A DNA stretch of 64,000 nucleotides from positions 91,080-155,079 of the forward strand of contig JAVHPE010000206.1 in assembly GCA_036170475.1 (NCBI GenBank), in the 5' to 3' direction. This stretch comes from Bacteroidia bacterium. Its GTDB lineage: Bacteria; Bacteroidota; Bacteroidia; 2-12-FULL-35-15. The notes beneath the pieces were generated by a model. It was not told where the DNA came from. It did not search any database and saw nothing but the letters and a program-made list of their open reading frames with translations. The position numbers and the translations under genes are program-made. Positions 59,173 through 64,000 of the stretch are shown here, piece after piece. Within the stretch, counting starts at the first letter, position 1; the number at the start of each line of letters is the position of its first letter.

Positions 59173-61641
59173 TTATGCCACTTCCTCTTTTACACCCCAA
59201 ACTTGAGCAATTTTGTTTTTTATTTTTGCCTCAAAAAGTTGAATTAGTTTTTTGTTTGATTCTACTATTTGTATTTCTTCATCAATAGCTGTTACAATTT
59301 CCTTTTGTTCTTCGGTTGGAGGAATGGGTATTTGAATTTCATTTAAATGAGCTTGATTCAATTTTGGTTGTGCCGCACCAGTAACGTGTTTACTAATATC
59401 AATTTGGTTAATATAGGTTTCAACGTATTTGTGTAAAATACTACTCTCAAATTTTAAAACGTGAGCATGATTATTAACCCAATATTTTCCAGTTGCGGTA
59501 AATGCTATTGGATAAACTCTTGAAACTAAATTTGCTCCATCTTCTGAAATTAGTAAAAGTGTATCATCAAAAATAAAATCTTCTACGTAGTCCACTATTC
59601 CCGATGCACCGTAATATGGATATTTCCCCTCTGTTCTGTCTCCTTTTGTAACTGGCTTTCTTTTACCGTCTAAATTTTTTGCTAATTGTCCCAGTTCCAC
59701 CATTTCCCAATTAGGATTAAAGCTAATTGTAGGTTTGTAGTTGTTTACTATTTGTTTTGCTCCATCAATTATTTTTTGGTAACCTTCAATTTCGTTTACT
59801 ATTTGTTGTTGTATTTCGAGTGGTGGTAATGGAATTTCTAAACTTTTTATAAATGATAACGAAGCCATTCTAAAACCACCATCACCTAAAGCGTAAAATT
59901 GGTCGTATAAGGTTTGACTTATTAAATAAAGAAATTTCTTGTCAAGTTGATTCTCATCCTTAACCTGTAATCCAGCGATATTTTGATTGGTAGTTGTTTC
60001 AAATTCTAAATAGGCGGTTTTTCCAATTGTTGCGCCAACTAAAGCAATTAGTGTTGTGCCTTTGGGGAACAATTTTACATTTGATTTTTTAAAACCTAAT
60101 TCGGTAATAAATGTGTCAGCATTATAAATCATTTGATTTTTACAAACAGTAGAACCGACCCAAGGTATAGTACCATTTTCCCAATACGAATTTTCAGTTT
60201 TACTAGGCGTTCCACCCGATTGAATTAAACAAACTTCTTCTAGTTTTACAATATTAAAGACTGTTTGGGAGGCTTCTGTGATAAAATACCTCTCTGCACT
60301 TAAAACAGCATCTTTATTTTCTAAAACGGTTTTCTTCTCTACCAATGTAGCTAAACTTGGTAATACACTACTGAAACCTAACAGGTTTTGAAAACCTGTC
60401 AGGTTTAGTGCTTCCTTATACTTTTCGAATGTTTGCAGTGCAATAGGCAAATCATTTTTAGCGTGCTCCCTACGTTGTGCGCCTAAATCAAAACCATCGT
60501 TTTCTATTTTCAAAAATAAAATGTGTTCACTTTTTTTTGATAATTTTTTATCTAAAATTAATATGGATGTTTTTACACCGCTATAGGGGTTGAAACATCC
60601 GGCAGGCAGAGAGACAACCGCTATTAAACTATCATTCACTAAATGCTTGCGTAATTCTTTATATGCGGTTTGGCTTGTTGCAACAATACCGTTTGGTACA
60701 ACAATTCCGGCTCTTCCATTACTGTTTAAATGTTCTGCGATGTAATCGGTAAATAATACTTCGGCTTTATTTGCTAGTACTCCAAATTTTTTGTGTGGTC
60801 GTATTCCCCCCTTTGGTGTCATAAATGGAGGGTTTGCCAATATTACATCAAAGGTTTCCTGCCAACGGTCTTCGCTGCTTAATGTATCGTACTCATAAAT
60901 TTGAGGAGTAGCAAAACCATGTAAATACATATTAGCTAAACTCAAGCGTACCATATCAGGGCTTATGTCATAACCTGCAAAGTTTGTTGCTAATTTTTTT
61001 CGGTCGTCAGGTTTTAGTTTATCGCCTTGTCGTTTATCGGTATTCTGATTTAAAATATGTTTGTATGCGCTCAATAAGAAACCTGCTGTACCGCAGGCAG
61101 GGTCTAAAACGGTTTCATTCTTTTGAGGATTAACACAAGCTGTCACAAAATCAATGATGTGGCGTGGTGTTCTGAATTGTCCGGCATCACCTTGGCTTCC
61201 CATCACACTCAACAAATATTCAAATGCATCACCTAACTTTTCGCTATGGCTATATTCAAATTCGTTAATGTATTTTAAAAATAATTTTAATGTACTTGGG
61301 TCACGGTAGGGCAGGTAAGCATTTTTGAAAATATTTCGGAACAGTTCAGGAATATTGGGATTAGTATTTAATTTTTCTAAAGCATCGCTGTATAATGCCA
61401 GCATATCAGAACCACTTAGCGAAGGGTCAAATAATTTTCTCCATCCATATTTTGCATATTCTCCGGTAAAGAATTTTGCTTTGCCTTTAAATTTCTCTAC
61501 GGCTTCCTTGTCCATATCATCCATGAACTTATAAATAAGCGCCAATGTAATTTGCTCAATCTGACTTTTAGGGTCGGGAACCTTGCCTACCAATACATCA
61601 CGGCAATCATCAATATTTTTCTTTGTTATGTTATCGAGCAT
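59173..61641 (-). CDS. hsdM: Type I restriction-modification N6-adenine DNA methyltransferase fused to a specificity (HsdS, two TRDs) moiety
   Basis: HsdM N-terminal domain and a SAM-binding LDPACGTAGFL segment. Catalytic motif IV is NPPF. The C-terminal about 370 aa contain two target-recognition domains separated by a conserved spacer (LPPLEIQQQIV…; …IPIPPTEEQKEIV), i.e. a complete HsdS in the same ORF. Confidence 0.85.
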   Translation of the reverse strand: MLDNITKKNIDDCRDVLVGKVPDPKSQIEQITLALIYKFMDDMDKEAVEKFKGKAKFFTGEYAKYGWRKLFDPSLSGSDMLALYSDALEKLNTNPNIPELFRNIFKNAYLPYRDPSTLKLFLKYINEFEYSHSEKLGDAFEYLLSVMGSQGDAGQFRTPRHIIDFVTACVNPQKNETVLDPACGTAGFLLSAYKHILNQNTDKRQGDKLKPDDRKKLATNFAGYDISPDMVRLSLANMYLHGFATPQIYEYDTLSSEDRWQETFDVILANPPFMTPKGGIRPHKKFGVLANKAEVLFTDYIAEHLNSNGRAGIVVPNGIVATSQTAYKELRKHLVNDSLIAVVSLPAGCFNPYSGVKTSILILDKKLSKKSEHILFLKIENDGFDLGAQRREHAKNDLPIALQTFEKYKEALNLTGFQNLLGFSSVLPSLATLVEKKTVLENKDAVLSAERYFITEASQTVFNIVKLEEVCLIQSGGTPSKTENSYWENGTIPWVGSTVCKNQMIYNADTFITELGFKKSNVKLFPKGTTLIALVGATIGKTAYLEFETTTNQNIAGLQVKDENQLDKKFLYLISQTLYDQFYALGDGGFRMASLSFIKSLEIPLPPLEIQQQIVNEIEGYQKIIDGAKQIVNNYKPTISFNPNWEMVELGQLAKNLDGKRKPVTKGDRTEGKYPYYGASGIVDYVEDFIFDDTLLLISEDGANLVSRVYPIAFTATGKYWVNNHAHVLKFESSILHKYVETYINQIDISKHVTGAAQPKLNQAHLNEIQIPIPPTEEQKEIVTAIDEEIQIVESNKKLIQLFEAKIKNKIAQVWGVKEEVA

Positions 61642-62459
61642 TATTTCAGTTTTTTAAGTGCTTTGCTATTTAAAAGCGATTTCATTTGTGTAATTGCCAT
61701 CTCATTTAATTGAAACAATCTTTCGGGCTGAGCTAATTTTTGTTTGATTAGCATTGCATTTATGCTTTCCAAATTGGTTAATACAACCAACTGTTCAAGG
61801 TTTGCCTCATCTCTAATATTACCTTTTGCTTTTGGGTTTTCGACTCTCCATTCCTTGGCGGTTTTGCCAAACAGAGCCATATTCAATAAGTCGGCTTCGT
61901 TGGCATACACAAAAGAAATTTGTTGTTTGCTTAGTTTAGCAGGAATAAGATTTTCCTTAATAGCATCAGTATGAATTTGATAATTTACTTTTGATAAAGT
62001 TCTTTGTAAATTCCAATCTAATTTTAAACGGTCGTTTTCATCTGCTTTTAAGCGTTGGAATTCTTTTATAATGTATAATTTGAATTCAATTGAAATCCAA
62101 GATGCGAATTCAAAAGCAATGTCTTTGTGTGCAAAAGTTCCACCATATCTTCCCGACTTTGAAATAAGTCCAATAGCACTGGTGTTTTCTATCCATCGTT
62201 TAGGAGTCATTACAAAACTGTTAAGTCCAGCCTGTTTTCTAAACCCCTCGAATTCGAGGGGTTTAAAATTTGGATTATATAATATCTCCCAAAAACCTAA
62301 AAGTTCAATGGTATTTCTATTTCGTAACCAATTTTGAATAATTGCATCCATATTGCTCGAATCTTTATGTCGTGCAATATCTGTAAGAGAGATAAAATCT
62401 TCGTTACTTTCTTGATAGATAGCAATTTCAATTCCCTTTATATTTATTTTTTTACTCAT
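61641..62459 (-). CDS. KilA-N domain protein embedded in the type I R-M operon
   Basis: N-terminal INIKGIEIAIYQESNEDFISLTDIAR…GRYGGTFAHKDIAFEFASWIS (KilA-N/APSES-like DNA-binding domain) plus a C-terminal helical region. Its stop shares a base with the hsdMS start. Confidence 0.65.
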   Translation of the reverse strand: MSKKINIKGIEIAIYQESNEDFISLTDIARHKDSSNMDAIIQNWLRNRNTIELLGFWEILYNPNFKPLEFEGFRKQAGLNSFVMTPKRWIENTSAIGLISKSGRYGGTFAHKDIAFEFASWISIEFKLYIIKEFQRLKADENDRLKLDWNLQRTLSKVNYQIHTDAIKENLIPAKLSKQQISFVYANEADLLNMALFGKTAKEWRVENPKAKGNIRDEANLEQLVVLTNLESINAMLIKQKLAQPERLFQLNEMAITQMKSLLNSKALKKLK

Positions 62460-62509
62460 ATTTCAATTTTAATTGTGGCGAATTTGCCATTTTTAAAAAT
62501 TATAACCAC

Positions 62510-64000
62510 TTAAGAACTTATAAATTTATTTAACGGCACATATGTTTTAATGTAATAAGGCAATTTACTTTTCATATCATCATCTACACGGTTAAAATCT
62601 TCTACATTAAAAGTTGGGTTGTGATACAATTCTGTAAACTCTTGTTGGTCGATTATATCTCTTACTGTTGGGTCGGTAATGTAAGCGTAAAAGAAATAGC
62701 GCAAAGACTGCAAATCACTGACATTAGAAATATTATTGGTGCTAATAAATTTATCAAATTCATCACTCAATAAATCATCTTTACCTTTTATTTTGTTGCC
62801 GAAATAAATTAGTTCTAATAATTCTCTCCAACCAATTTTACGGTCTATTTTTAGTGATTTACGTAATTTTTCTAAATCAAAATATTCTTCAGGTTTGTTA
62901 TCGTATTTTTCTTTTGCCCTCGCAGATGCTATTTCAACATCGCCAGCCTCCATCAATAATTTTATTTCATCATCTGTTTTTACTTTTTCTTCAAACTGCT
63001 GAAAAAACATCCGGTCAACTTTCATACCCTGAAAATCAACTTGTTTTTCTTGAAAGGAAGTTATTTTATCGTTTTCTTTATACTCAAAACCTTCCCGCTT
63101 TGCTTTTAAAGTGTCCTCAAATACCAGCACTTCATCACCTTTGTCAATATTGATAGGCAATTTCAATACTTGGTCGTACTGATATTTTTCTTCAAAATAT
63201 TCGCAGGTAGCGAAGAAATCAAAAAGTTTAAATGCTTTTTTGTCAATAGAAATTGTTTCTACTTCGCCCAAATCATTTTTGAATTTGTGTTCAAATTTAT
63301 GAATACGGGTTCCTCTTCCTTTTATCTGAATAAATTCTGTTGGTGAAAAAATCGGTCGCATTAATCCAAGGTTCAAAATATTGGGGCAATCCCAACCTGT
63401 GGTCATCATTCCAACGGTTACACAAATTCTCGCTATGCTTGTTTTATATGATTCTAAAATTTCATTGTCTTTTGCAAAATTGCTAAAACCCAATAATTTG
63501 TCGTTGCTATAATCAATAGACATTTGCTGACTGTTGGCTACATTAGAGGTTACCTGAACAGCAAAATCGCTTTGATATTTATTCGGGAATAATTGATGTG
63601 CATATTCATTAAGCAATTGTGCCAATTTTGCAGCATGATTTTGTGAAACCGCAAAAACGAGGCTCTTTCCAAACTCTCCGCTAATTGGGTCTTTTAAGCC
63701 ATTTTCAATAAATGTTTTACAGAAAACACGGTTTGTTTCTTCCGAGAAAAATTTTCGTTCAAAATGATTTTGCTTGTAATTAACTTCTTCTAAAATGTCC
63801 TCTTGCTCAGTACTGGCAATGGTTACCATAATTCCGTAACCTTGCTCGGATAAAAGTTTTGTAGTTACATCAGTTCTTGCATCCACAACAATTGGTTGAC
63901 GTAAAAATCCGTCTTTAGCACCATCTGTAAGTGTATAACGGTATGTAGGTTGACCACTTTCACAACCAAAAGTGATGTAAGTATCTAACAACATTCTGCG
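62510..64000 (-). CDS. hsdR: Type I restriction enzyme R subunit (HsdR), C-terminal portion; gene continues beyond the window end
   Basis: Helicase C-terminal motifs (TGWDCPNILNL, motif VI QIKGRGTR) followed by the long helical C-terminal domain typical of HsdR. The ORF is open to the window edge. Confidence 0.85.
   Translation of the reverse strand, partial: RRMLLDTYITFGCESGQPTYRYTLTDGAKDGFLRQPIVVDARTDVTTKLLSEQGYGIMVTIASTEQEDILEEVNYKQNHFERKFFSEETNRVFCKTFIENGLKDPISGEFGKSLVFAVSQNHAAKLAQLLNEYAHQLFPNKYQSDFAVQVTSNVANSQQMSIDYSNDKLLGFSNFAKDNEILESYKTSIARICVTVGMMTTGWDCPNILNLGLMRPIFSPTEFIQIKGRGTRIHKFEHKFKNDLGEVETISIDKKAFKLFDFFATCEYFEEKYQYDQVLKLPINIDKGDEVLVFEDTLKAKREGFEYKENDKITSFQEKQVDFQGMKVDRMFFQQFEEKVKTDDEIKLLMEAGDVEIASARAKEKYDNKPEEYFDLEKLRKSLKIDRKIGWRELLELIYFGNKIKGKDDLLSDEFDKFISTNNISNVSDLQSLRYFFYAYITDPTVRDIIDQQEFTELYHNPTFNVEDFNRVDDDMKSKLPYYIKTYVPLNKFISS

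Overview
This is a low-GC window that looks Bacteroidota-like: it contains three proteins with T9SS C-terminal sorting domains, SBBP and BNR beta-propeller proteins, carboxypeptidase-regulatory-like domains, and Bacteroidota-style polysaccharide loci. It holds two cell-surface polysaccharide loci. The first (about 90-5000, + strand) encodes a Wzx-like flippase fragment, two tandem Wzz-like paralogs and an O-antigen-ligase-family protein. The second (about 25200-42100) has a polyprenyl glycosylphosphotransferase on the + strand, then a roughly 15-kb minus-strand operon with a Wzx flippase, GT4 and GT2 glycosyltransferases, FkbM and SAM methyltransferases, Wzy/ligase-like membrane proteins, a secreted parallel-beta-helix protein and a third Wzz-like protein. 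Housekeeping genes are interspersed: hisS, a HAL/PAL-family ammonia-lyase (hutH-like) overlapping ppa, eno, an enoyl-CoA hydratase, a ferredoxin, a SpmA/B-like membrane protein, a glucosaminidase-LysM peptidoglycan hydrolase and a penicillin/AHL-acylase-family Ntn hydrolase. A RelE/ParE toxin-antitoxin pair and an XRE regulator with palindromic operators are also present. Repeat content is notable. There are two diverged RAYT (IS200-like HuH) transposase genes, each flanked by its own family of GC-rich REP/BIME hairpins. There is also a 21-bp perfect inverted repeat pair flanking about 150 bp beside the XRE gene, and a roughly 95-bp leader duplicated in front of two adjacent secreted-protein genes. 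The most interesting region is the last 9.5 kb (54581-64000, minus strand). It is a defence-island-like operon with a type I R-M system (HsdR C-terminus, an embedded KilA-N protein and a fused HsdM-HsdS), interrupted by a RAYT/REP insertion. Downstream lie a small acidic protein, a 646-aa protein fusing an N-terminal GHKL (MORC-like) ATPase to a C-terminal PD-(D/E)xK/NucS-like nuclease motif, and a Schlafen-like AlbA_2 + HATPase_c_4 + wHTH protein. The operon ends in a phased array of about 10-bp CCCAAT/GTGCAAT repeats. This GHKL-nuclease / AlbA_2 module riding on the R-M operon is a candidate uncharacterised accessory defence system. No rRNA or tRNA genes and no CRISPR arrays were found.
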